A DNA stretch of 64,000 nt from an uncultured SAR116 cluster alpha proteobacterium (GTDB taxonomy: Bacteria; Pseudomonadota; Alphaproteobacteria; Puniceispirillales; GCA-002684695), in the NCBI GenBank assembly GCA_902612965.1, contig CACMFN010000007.1:26506-90505 (forward strand). Reading direction: 5' to 3'. The position numbers and the translations under genes are program-made. Shown here one piece after another: positions 20,498-28,956 of this stretch; the first letter of the stretch is position 1; each line of letters starts with the position of its first letter. The notes beneath the pieces are model-generated. The model was given only the letters and a program-made list of their open reading frames with translations, was not told the origin of the DNA and made no database searches.

Positions 20498-20630
20498 TTT
20501 GACAATCTTTGTTAATACAATTTGTTGGATAAATTTTCATAGGTATTAGTATATTATTTCCAAAATTATCATTTACATTTGAGCAACCTATTAAAAAAAA
20601 AATTAAAATTATAGTTTTTGATTTTCTCAT
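20457..20630 (-). CDS. Unannotated 57-codon putative lipoprotein ORF
   Basis: My own translation gives MRKSKTIILIFFLIGCSNVNDNFGNNILIPMKIYPTNCINKDCQNEKADSININSDF followed by a stop. Textbook lipoprotein signal with lipobox L-I-G-C. Its ATG overlaps the subtilase TGA (ATGA), and its 3' end overlaps the next gene by 41 nt. Confidence 0.55.
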   Translation of the reverse strand: MRKSKTIILIFFLIGCSNVNDNFGNNILIPMKIYPTNCINKDCQNEKADSININSDF

Positions 20631-21763
20631 TTAGCTATAACCCTGCCTTGTGGGCTCATTGCATTTTCTAAATTGAGCTTCCCATAACCGTAAATATTGT
20701 CTGGCCCACTAGCACCTAAATCTGTCGCAGTTTGTAAAAGAACTTGTTTTATTTGAATGCCTGTTAAATTTGGAAACTTTTGCCTAACTAATGCTGCAGC
20801 TCCAGAAACTCTAGGAGCTGAAAAAGATGTGCCCGATGCGTCACCACTAAAAAGAACATCATCATGCGCTACAATAAAGTCATTTAACATGTTTCCAGCT
20901 TGATAGCTGTAGTTAGCAATTGTACTACTTTGATCACTAAGTGCACCAACAAAAATTGTATCTTCGCCAATTACGTAACCCTGATTTCTAACTCTATTAT
21001 ACACGGTGGCAAAATAATCACATTCAGTTACATATGCAGATCCGCAATACTGTGCTCCATTTCCAGCTGCAAATACAAAAAGCATTTTTTCATTGTAAAT
21101 TGGCTCTGATTTTTGATTAATACTCATTATTTTACTAGTAACGGCATCAGAAATAATATCGTCCCAATTAGGATTATTGGTACCTGTATAGCTTCCAAAT
21201 GAGTTTTTTAGAGGTTTTTCAAATCCCCATGAATTATTTACTATATAATATTCATTAGTATTGTAATAATCAAATGCACTATTTGCATTTTGTAGAGTAG
21301 TACTGAGATTTCCACTTGGGAGATTAGATAAAATTGTATTAGCCTCTGGAGAAATGCTATTCAAAACTAAAGAAACCCAATCACCGTGACTGTCAATCCT
21401 TCCATTTGAATTAAAAGAGTCAAGTATTCCTACTTTAATACCTTTACCAGTCCAACCACTTGACCAAACATTATTTGCAAGTGTATCTCTTGTTGCTATA
21501 GGATAAGATAAACCATTATTTAAAGTACTATGGGCCTGACTTAGAGAAGAAAAAGTATTTCCACTTGGTCCATCATAAGGAAGATTTCTCTCAGACCCTA
21601 ACAATATATTTGAGTTTGCTTGTTCTAAAGATGATGGATTGCCAGTTGTATAATCATAAGAAATCTCTAGTGAATTTTTGATTGATGATCCACCTCCACC
21701 ACATGAAGTCAATAATAATGTAAAAGCCATTAAAATTAAAAACTTATGATTTAAACTGCTCAT
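20627..21763 (-). CDS. S8 (subtilisin) family serine peptidase, predicted lipoprotein
   Basis: 378 aa. Asp-His-Ser order with VGILDSF, SHGDWV, oxyanion FAAGNG and SGTSFSAPRVSGAAAL. Signal peptide with lipobox L-T-S-C followed by GGGGSS. Confidence 0.85.
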   Translation of the reverse strand: MSSLNHKFLILMAFTLLLTSCGGGGSSIKNSLEISYDYTTGNPSSLEQANSNILLGSERNLPYDGPSGNTFSSLSQAHSTLNNGLSYPIATRDTLANNVWSSGWTGKGIKVGILDSFNSNGRIDSHGDWVSLVLNSISPEANTILSNLPSGNLSTTLQNANSAFDYYNTNEYYIVNNSWGFEKPLKNSFGSYTGTNNPNWDDIISDAVTSKIMSINQKSEPIYNEKMLFVFAAGNGAQYCGSAYVTECDYFATVYNRVRNQGYVIGEDTIFVGALSDQSSTIANYSYQAGNMLNDFIVAHDDVLFSGDASGTSFSAPRVSGAAALVRQKFPNLTGIQIKQVLLQTATDLGASGPDNIYGYGKLNLENAMSPQGRVIAK

Positions 21764-21786
21764 AAAAAATATATTTTCAAATTAGA

Positions 21787-21810
21787 TTATATGTTTAATT
21801 ATATGTTTAA
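21787..21810 (-). repeat. Perfect tandem duplication of a 12-bp unit (TTATATGTTTAA x2), giving two TATAAT boxes on the minus strand
   Basis: Read directly from the sequence. The minus strand reads TTAAACATATAATTAAACATATAATCTAAT, and the repeat ends 23 nt upstream of the subtilase ATG. Confidence 0.8.
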
Positions 21811-21861
21811 TCTCGTATTTGAAAATTAAACAAATTTCTATCTACTAATTAGTTACGTATA

Positions 21862-22485
21862 ATGGAAAAAAAAATTAATATTAAAATTGTTGCAGATATT
21901 GTTTGTCCTTGGTGCTTTATTGGTTGCAATCATTTAAATGCATCATTGAAATCTAGAAATTTTTATGAATACGAGATTGATTGGCAACCATTTTATCTAA
22001 ACCCAACAATGCCATCAAATGGCATGGACAGAAAACAATACTTAAAAAATAAATTTGGCAGTCAAGTAAACTTGATAGAAAGTCAAATTTTAAATGCAGC
22101 TGAAAATTATAATATTAAAATAAATTTAGAAAAGATAAACACTACACCAAATACAAGAAAAATCCATAGTGCAATATCTATAATAAAAAATTACAACTTA
22201 AATAAATCATACGACTTTGCTTTTAAGATTATGACTGATTATTTTGCTAATGGTAAAGATATAAGAAATGAAACCTATCTAACAAAAACTATCGCAAAAT
22301 TTAATACTTTTAATAAGAGTATTGCTTTAGATAAGATTAATTATGCAGAGAATAAAGAACCCTTTTTAAATTTTGATTTTATTAATGGTGTTCCTGTTTT
22401 CATTTTTAATGACAAATGGACATTAAATGGAGCTCAAGATCCCAAAGTAATAGAAACAATTATTGATATTGCAGCTAAAGACTAA
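21862..22485 (+). CDS. DsbA-family (FrnE/HCCA-isomerase-like) thiol:disulfide oxidoreductase, apparently cytoplasmic
   Basis: 207 aa. The CPWC active site lies in IKIVADIVCPWCFIG at the extreme N-terminus. No signal peptide. Confidence 0.75.
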   Translation: MEKKINIKIVADIVCPWCFIGCNHLNASLKSRNFYEYEIDWQPFYLNPTMPSNGMDRKQYLKNKFGSQVNLIESQILNAAENYNIKINLEKINTTPNTRKIHSAISIIKNYNLNKSYDFAFKIMTDYFANGKDIRNETYLTKTIAKFNTFNKSIALDKINYAENKEPFLNFDFINGVPVFIFNDKWTLNGAQDPKVIETIIDIAAKD

Positions 22486-25400
22486 ATAAGTAGATCAGAT
22501 ATCATCTTTAATTCTTCTTTTACTAATCTAATTCTTTCATTTTTATTAGACATATTTTTTTTGATTATAATTGACTGATCACTATTAACTAAAATTCTTT
22601 CAGAATTTTTTGTAATATATTTTAAAAGATTTTCTGGTTTAGGGAAAATATCATTGTAAAACTTTAAATTAATTCCATTTTTCCCTGCATCAATTTTATA
22701 CACATTAGTATTCTTACAATACTGTTTTATATTAATAATTTCTAACAACGTACTTACTTCCTTCGGGAGATTACCAAATCTATCAACCAGCTCTTGTTTA
22801 ATTATTTCAATTTCTTCCTCAGATTTTAAAAAAGCTATTCTTCTATACATCGAAAGTCTTAAAGAAACATCTTCTATGTAACTTTCTGGTATTTTTGATG
22901 AAACTCCAATTTGTATTTGAGGAGACCACTCATTTATATTTAAATTTCCTTCAACAGAATTAATCTCTATAGCGGCCTTAAGTAATGATTGGTAAAGTTC
23001 TATTCCCACTTCTTTGATATGACCAGATTGCTCTTCACCTAAAAGGTTTCCCGCACCCCTGATATCCATATCGTAAGATGCAAGTGAAAAGCCTGCTCCA
23101 AGATTGTCTAATGTTTGCATTACCTCTAACCTTTTTCTGGCATTATTAGTTAACAATGAATCGTCATTTATTATTAAGTACGCATATGCTCTTGCCTTCC
23201 CTCTTCCAACTCTACCTCGCAATTGATATAATTGAGACAATCCAAATTTATCAGCATTATAAACAATAATGGTGTTTGCTAACGGTATATCCAATCCTGA
23301 TTCAATAATATTTGTAGAAAGAAGAATGTTTGCTTTACCTTGTGAAAAACCAATCATTGATTTATCTATTTCTTCAACACTCATTCTACCATGTGCTGTA
23401 GCGATTTTCAAATCTGGTAATAATTCAATTAATTTATCATGGACTTTATTTAAGTCTTTTATTCGAGGCACAACACAAAATACTAGTCCGCCCCTGTGAA
23501 TTTCTCTTTTTATAGCTTCTTTTAAAGTTACATTATCCCAAGTAGAGACAAACGTTCTTATTGAAAGTCTATCAACAGGCGGAGTTGTTATTAGGCTCAT
23601 AGTCCGCACACCTGAAAGAGACATTTGAAGTGTTCTTGGAATTGGAGTAGCAGTCAATGTTAATACATGCATTGATTGCCTAATGGACTTTAAGTATTCT
23701 TTTTGTGCAACACCAAAATGTTGTTCTTCATCGATTATAAGGAGCAATAAATTATTAAATATAATTTTTTTAGATAATAACGAATGGGTTCCAATAATAA
23801 TTTGAGTTTCGCCAGTTTCAATTTCATGTTTTACTAATTTACTATCTTTAGATTTTACAAATCTTGATAACTCACTAACTTTTATTGGAAACCCCCTAAA
23901 CCTTTCTTGAAAATTAACAACATGTTGCTTAACCAATAGTGTTGTAGGTGCAATTACAGCCACCTGGTAACCTGCCATTGCCGCCATAAAAGATGATCTA
24001 AGAGCGATTTCAGTTTTACCATAGCCAACATCACCACAAATTAACCTATCCATTAATCTCCCAGATAATAGATCATTTTCAACATCCTGAATGGCTACTT
24101 GTTGATCTTCAGTGGGAGTATATGAAAAGCGTGAACAAAACTGTTCGTATTCGTCTGAAGGAAATTCTAATGGTTTAATTTTAGTTGTTTCTCTACTAGC
24201 AGCTACTTTTATAAGTTCATCTGCAATTTCTTTTATTCTTTTTTTAGCATTTGCTTTCCTTGCCTGCCAGCCGCTACTGCCCAGTTTATCAAGACTAGCA
24301 TCAGTACCTGAACCATATCTTGAAATAAGTTCAATATTTTCAACAGGAACATACAACCTGTCATTTCCACTATATATAAGTTTAAGGCAGTCTCTTTCTA
24401 AATCATTAGATTTAATAGTTTCTAAGCCTTTATATTTACCAATTCCGTGTTCTACATGGACAAGCAGATCTCCAGTCGTTAATGAAGTTATATCTCGTAA
24501 AAAGTTTTCTGCTTTTTTTGATTTTACAGTTGGCCTTCCAAATTTAACTCCAAACAAATCCTCTTCTGAAACAAAAAGAGTATTATTTATGTTAAATCCT
24601 TTTTCTAAAGGATAAACAATACAAGAAAAGTTATCTTTCAATTGTGATATATTTTTTATTTCGTTGATAACATCATCTTTGGCAATGCCGTTAATTATGC
24701 CTTTAATTCTCTGCAAAGATCCATTTGAGTTACAGCAAACTAATATTCTACTATGTATTTTTGTAAGGGTAAGTAACTCTTTGACTGTATTTTCGCCTTT
24801 AATTTTTGCAATACTAAAATCAATTCCAGGTTTGATATTTAAATATATTGATGAATGTTTTTCACCTGGCGTAAAAGAATTAAATTCAATTACTACTCTT
24901 TTATCTAAAATCTCTAATAATTTTTTTTTGTCCAAATATAGATGTTGTGGAGATAATAAATTAGATCTTTTGCCTTCAGTATTATGGTCATCTTTCCTTG
25001 CGTTATAAAAATCATTAATTTCCTCAAACTTAGTGTCTAAAATGGATGAATATTCTTTATCTAAAATTACATGCACATCGCCAATATGGTCAAATATTGT
25101 TGCTAAACTTTCATGAAACATAGATAAATAATGTTCAATGCCATTTGTTTTGATTTTCTGGGAAATATTATTATAAAGTGATTTATCATACTCTTCGTTA
25201 AATAGTTCTCTGTGATTTCTCCTAAATAATTCTACACTATGATCAGTTAAAATAATCTCATTACCTGCATTAAAACTTATAAAATTGATATTGTGTAAAC
25301 TCAACTGACTGATCGGGTCAAATAATCTTAAGGAATCGATAACATCACCAAAAAAATCAATTCGCACAGGGTTTTGTTCTCCAGGAGGATAGACATCAAG

Positions 25401-25901
25401 AATACTTCCCCTTAGAGAATACTCTGAATCCTCTCTAACAGTATTAGTTCTCATATAACCATTATTTTCAAAAAAATTTATTAATTCTCTTTGTGAAATA
25501 TTTTGTCCAGATTGTATGCTTTTAGATGAATTTTTAATAAAATCTTGATTAGGAATTTTTTGAATTACGGAACCAATTGTAGATAAAATTATTGTTTTCT
25601 TGCTATTCGGATTAGCTAAACTTGATAACGCTCTTACCCTTTTACCGACTAATTTTTGATTTGGTGAGTTCTTGTCAAATGGAAGACAGTCCCATGCTGG
25701 GAATTCTATAATATCAATATTATTATTTATGATTCTAAGAGATTGTGAAAACCTTGATAACCTAATATCATCTCGTAAAATGATAAGAATTTTACTAAAA
25801 TGATTACATAATTCTACGGCTGCTAGGCAGTCTGCACCATCAGGGAGATTTGAAACTATATTTTTTTTTTTTAGATTTAGATCATTGCCAAAAAGATTCA
25901 T
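22482..25901 (-). CDS. mfd: Transcription-repair coupling factor
   Basis: 1139 aa. Walker A GDVGYGKTE, DEEQHFG box and QLRGRVGRG motif. Confidence 0.96.
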   Translation of the reverse strand: MNLFGNDLNLKKKNIVSNLPDGADCLAAVELCNHFSKILIILRDDIRLSRFSQSLRIINNNIDIIEFPAWDCLPFDKNSPNQKLVGKRVRALSSLANPNSKKTIILSTIGSVIQKIPNQDFIKNSSKSIQSGQNISQRELINFFENNGYMRTNTVREDSEYSLRGSILDVYPPGEQNPVRIDFFGDVIDSLRLFDPISQLSLHNINFISFNAGNEIILTDHSVELFRRNHRELFNEEYDKSLYNNISQKIKTNGIEHYLSMFHESLATIFDHIGDVHVILDKEYSSILDTKFEEINDFYNARKDDHNTEGKRSNLLSPQHLYLDKKKLLEILDKRVVIEFNSFTPGEKHSSIYLNIKPGIDFSIAKIKGENTVKELLTLTKIHSRILVCCNSNGSLQRIKGIINGIAKDDVINEIKNISQLKDNFSCIVYPLEKGFNINNTLFVSEEDLFGVKFGRPTVKSKKAENFLRDITSLTTGDLLVHVEHGIGKYKGLETIKSNDLERDCLKLIYSGNDRLYVPVENIELISRYGSGTDASLDKLGSSGWQARKANAKKRIKEIADELIKVAASRETTKIKPLEFPSDEYEQFCSRFSYTPTEDQQVAIQDVENDLLSGRLMDRLICGDVGYGKTEIALRSSFMAAMAGYQVAVIAPTTLLVKQHVVNFQERFRGFPIKVSELSRFVKSKDSKLVKHEIETGETQIIIGTHSLLSKKIIFNNLLLLIIDEEQHFGVAQKEYLKSIRQSMHVLTLTATPIPRTLQMSLSGVRTMSLITTPPVDRLSIRTFVSTWDNVTLKEAIKREIHRGGLVFCVVPRIKDLNKVHDKLIELLPDLKIATAHGRMSVEEIDKSMIGFSQGKANILLSTNIIESGLDIPLANTIIVYNADKFGLSQLYQLRGRVGRGKARAYAYLIINDDSLLTNNARKRLEVMQTLDNLGAGFSLASYDMDIRGAGNLLGEEQSGHIKEVGIELYQSLLKAAIEINSVEGNLNINEWSPQIQIGVSSKIPESYIEDVSLRLSMYRRIAFLKSEEEIEIIKQELVDRFGNLPKEVSTLLEIINIKQYCKNTNVYKIDAGKNGINLKFYNDIFPKPENLLKYITKNSERILVNSDQSIIIKKNMSNKNERIRLVKEELKMISDLLI

Positions 25902-26167
25902 TATAACTTTTTCATCATTAAAATAAATTTTTTATAGTTTTCATCTTCAAAAAATGGAATAGCTTCATTATTCGAAACCCAATTCCAAATATTTACATCA
26001 CCAAGTGTAAGAAATCTTTCATATGATTCCAACTCACTTATACTTAATTTTTCTAAATTATTTTTAGCAAAATTACTTAATACAAAATCACATTCTTTTG
26101 AACCTGAATATATAGAACGATATTGAAGTTTTTTGATAAGAGAATTTTTGTATTTTAGTTTTGCCAT
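25901..26167 (-). CDS. sdhE: Succinate dehydrogenase flavinylation factor (SdhE/SDHAF2, DUF339)
   Basis: 88 aa. Sits between mfd and recG as in many Alphaproteobacteria. The core aligns by eye to the RGxxExD region but reads SGSKECD. Confidence 0.6.
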   Translation of the reverse strand: MAKLKYKNSLIKKLQYRSIYSGSKECDFVLSNFAKNNLEKLSISELESYERFLTLGDVNIWNWVSNNEAIPFFEDENYKKFILMMKKL

Positions 26168-26196
26168 TAGATAATAAACTTTGATAAATTAAAAAA

Positions 26197-28272
26197 ATGA
26201 AATTTCAAAGACCTAGTTTTTTGTATCCATTGTTTTCAGAGATTACATTAATACCTGGAATTGGTCCAAAGACATTCAAGCTGCTTGAAAATAAAATTGG
26301 CAAAAATGTAATTGATCTATTGTTTCATCTTCCACACACAGTAATTAATCGTTTAAATAATTTAGATTTAAAGCATTGTCCAACAAATTCAATCATTACA
26401 AAAAAAATATTAATTACTAAACATATTTCAAATTTTTATAATTCAAGAAGACCATATAAACTCATTGGACATTGCGAAAATTTTGAAATTGAGATAATTT
26501 TTTTCAATTATAAAGGCCAATATATAGAAAAAAATTTTCCTGTTAACTCAGTTGTAATTGTCAGTGGCAAGATTAATAGGTTTAATGAAATAATTAAATT
26601 TACAAATCCTGACTATATATATGAAGTTAGCCAGATAAAAAAAATTCCTAAATTTGAGCCTATATATCCACTTACTGCAGGAATAAACAATAAATTACTT
26701 AGAAAATCTATTGGGCATGCTATTAAACTTATTCCTCCTGATTTACCAGAGTGGATACCAAAAAAAGTTATACTAGAAAATAATTGGCCTACATTTTCTG
26801 AAGCACTTAAGTCTATTCATATTCCAAATACAATGATTGAAGTTGATAACAGAAGTTTATACTTACAAAGATTAAGCTTTGATGAAGTTTTTGCAAATCA
26901 ATTAGGAATGCAAGTTTATAAAAAAAAGTACCAAGTTTTAAATGTAAATAAAAATAAAAGAAAAACAAAATATTTTAAAAAATGTTTAGAAAATTTAAAT
27001 TTTAATCTTACTAATTCACAAAATGAATGCATTGAAGATCTATATTCAGATCTTTGTTCAAAAACTCAAATGAAGAGAATTTTACAAGGAGATGTTGGAA
27101 GTGGTAAAACAATCGTTGCTATAGCAGCAATTCTAAATGTGATTGAAAACTCCAAACAAGCTGCATTAATGGCACCAACTGAATTATTATCTACTCAACA
27201 TTATAATTTTATTAAAAATTTCACGGAAAGTCTTAATATTAAAGTAGCCCTTTTAACGTCAAAAATAGATAAGAATGAAAGGATTTCCATATTAAATAAG
27301 ATTTCAAATGGTTATATAGATATTGTAATTGGAACTCATTCCCTAATTTCTGATAGGGTCAAATTTAATAATTTAGGAATAGCAGTTATTGATGAACAAC
27401 ATAAATTTGGAGTGATACAAAGAAGCAAAGTCCTTGCAAAAGGAGAAAATGTACATTTATTACTCTTAACAGCTACACCAATACCGAGAAGTTTATCTAT
27501 GACAGTGTATGGTGATCTAGACCTAAGCGAAATTAAAGAGAAACCAAAAAATAGAAAAAAAATTATAACTAAGATTTTACCATTGGAAAAATACGAAAAA
27601 GTGAAAATGGCAATTTCTAGAGCGCTTGAAAATAAAGAAAAAATTTATTGGGTATGTCCATTACTAGAAGAGACAGAAACACTTGATTTAGTATCATTAA
27701 ATAATAGATTTAAAATTCTTACTAAATCATTTTCAAAATTCAATCCCACATTAGCACATGGGAAAATGGATAATCATGAAAGAGAAAAATCAATCGAAAG
27801 ATTTTTTAATAATAAATCAAGGATTTTAATAGCATCAACAGTAATTGAAGTGGGTATAGATATTCCAGATGCCACAATAATTATAATAGAAAACGCTGAA
27901 AGATTTGGACTTGCTCAACTACACCAATTAAGAGGTAGAGTTGGACGAAGCTCTTTACAGTCTTATTGCATTCTTATGTATGGAAAAAATATAAGCGAAA
28001 TTGGTAAATTAAGACTTAAAACAATGAGAGATACGGATGATGGATTTTTTATTGCTGAAAAAGATCTCGAATTAAGAGGTCCTGGCGAAGTTTTTGGAAC
28101 AAGACAATCTGGTGAAAATGAATTGAAACTGTTACCCTTTATTGATAAAGAAAAACTTATACTTGCAAAAGATTTCGCAATCGATATCGTTTCTACAAAT
28201 AATCTAAATTTTGAACATGAAGTTCTAGTCAGTCTATTTAATAAGGATGAATATATTAAGTTAATGAGTTAG
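26197..28272 (+). CDS. recG: ATP-dependent DNA helicase RecG
   Basis: 691 aa. GDVGSGKT, VIDEQHKFG and QLRGRVGRS motifs. Confidence 0.95.
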   Translation: MKFQRPSFLYPLFSEITLIPGIGPKTFKLLENKIGKNVIDLLFHLPHTVINRLNNLDLKHCPTNSIITKKILITKHISNFYNSRRPYKLIGHCENFEIEIIFFNYKGQYIEKNFPVNSVVIVSGKINRFNEIIKFTNPDYIYEVSQIKKIPKFEPIYPLTAGINNKLLRKSIGHAIKLIPPDLPEWIPKKVILENNWPTFSEALKSIHIPNTMIEVDNRSLYLQRLSFDEVFANQLGMQVYKKKYQVLNVNKNKRKTKYFKKCLENLNFNLTNSQNECIEDLYSDLCSKTQMKRILQGDVGSGKTIVAIAAILNVIENSKQAALMAPTELLSTQHYNFIKNFTESLNIKVALLTSKIDKNERISILNKISNGYIDIVIGTHSLISDRVKFNNLGIAVIDEQHKFGVIQRSKVLAKGENVHLLLLTATPIPRSLSMTVYGDLDLSEIKEKPKNRKKIITKILPLEKYEKVKMAISRALENKEKIYWVCPLLEETETLDLVSLNNRFKILTKSFSKFNPTLAHGKMDNHEREKSIERFFNNKSRILIASTVIEVGIDIPDATIIIIENAERFGLAQLHQLRGRVGRSSLQSYCILMYGKNISEIGKLRLKTMRDTDDGFFIAEKDLELRGPGEVFGTRQSGENELKLLPFIDKEKLILAKDFAIDIVSTNNLNFEHEVLVSLFNKDEYIKLMS

Positions 28273-28282
28273 AATAAGAACT

Positions 28283-28888
28283 TTATTTTTCTTTGGGTAC
28301 AACCATACCACCAGAAACAACTAATTTGAGGGCATCTTCTACTGTCATATTTAGAAATATTAGGTCTTCTTCAGGGAAAAATAGAAGAAAACCACTAGTA
28401 GGATTAGGTGTAGTGGGCATGAAAACATTTACCATTTTCTTATCTACCCTTTTTCCTACTTCACCCTTAGTTGAACCAGTAACAAAGCCAATTGCCCAAA
28501 TATCTTTTCTTGGGTACTGAACTAATACAGCTTGACGAAAAGCATCCGATTGCGTCGCCATAACGGTTTCAAGTATCTGTTTAATAGCACTATAAACAGA
28601 TCGAACAACAGGCATTCTATTTAGAATATTTTCCCATATACGAATTAATGTTCGTCCAAAAAGTCCAGTCGCAAGCAAACCAACAAAGGTTGTAAAAATA
28701 AATACTATAATCAATCCAAGTCCAGGAATTGAAAAGGGTAGATAGTTTGATGGCCTATAATAGAAAGGAACCAGCGGAACAACTAAGTTATCTACGAATG
28801 TTATAAAAGCCCAAGCGACGTAAATTGTAAGTATTAGTGGCGTCATAACAAGAATACCTGTTAGAAACCAAGACCTGATTTTAGTCAT
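28283..28888 (-). CDS. DUF502 family membrane protein
   Basis: 201 aa. Two N-terminal TM segments and the MPTTPNPTSGFLLFFP motif typical of DUF502. Confidence 0.75.
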   Translation of the reverse strand: MTKIRSWFLTGILVMTPLILTIYVAWAFITFVDNLVVPLVPFYYRPSNYLPFSIPGLGLIIVFIFTTFVGLLATGLFGRTLIRIWENILNRMPVVRSVYSAIKQILETVMATQSDAFRQAVLVQYPRKDIWAIGFVTGSTKGEVGKRVDKKMVNVFMPTTPNPTSGFLLFFPEEDLIFLNMTVEDALKLVVSGGMVVPKEK

Positions 28889-28956
28889 TTATTAACCTTT
28901 CAAAAAAAGTTATTTTATTTTAAAAAATAGATAAAATTAAAATTTATATTTTATAC

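Noticed and set aside
21862-22485. DsbA-family gene as the periplasmic disulfide partner for the three Cys-pair proteins of the neighbouring subtilase operon
   Set aside because: The CPWC site starts at residue 15 with no signal peptide or TM segment, so the protein looks cytoplasmic (FrnE/HCCA-isomerase-like). The linkage is probably coincidental.
14755-22485. tRNA-flanked genomic island between tRNA-Ala and mfd
   Set aside because: There is no integrase or mobility gene. I saw no direct repeat of the tRNA 3' end. The accessory genes lie on the 5' side of the tRNA, whereas integrative elements normally insert at the 3' end. It may still be a variable region, but not a recognisable integrative element.
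24112-24615. Long antisense ORFs inside core genes (167 aa in mfd; also 55657..56148 in trpE, 46048..46494 in pdhB, 42375..42764 in lpdA and 62471..62851 in nanE)
   Set aside because: All are fully embedded antisense to genes with unambiguous conserved motifs. They have low-complexity Ser/Leu/Phe/Ile-rich translations, no start context and no recognisable domains. They are most simply codon-phase shadows. Overlapping-gene claims would need Ribo-seq.
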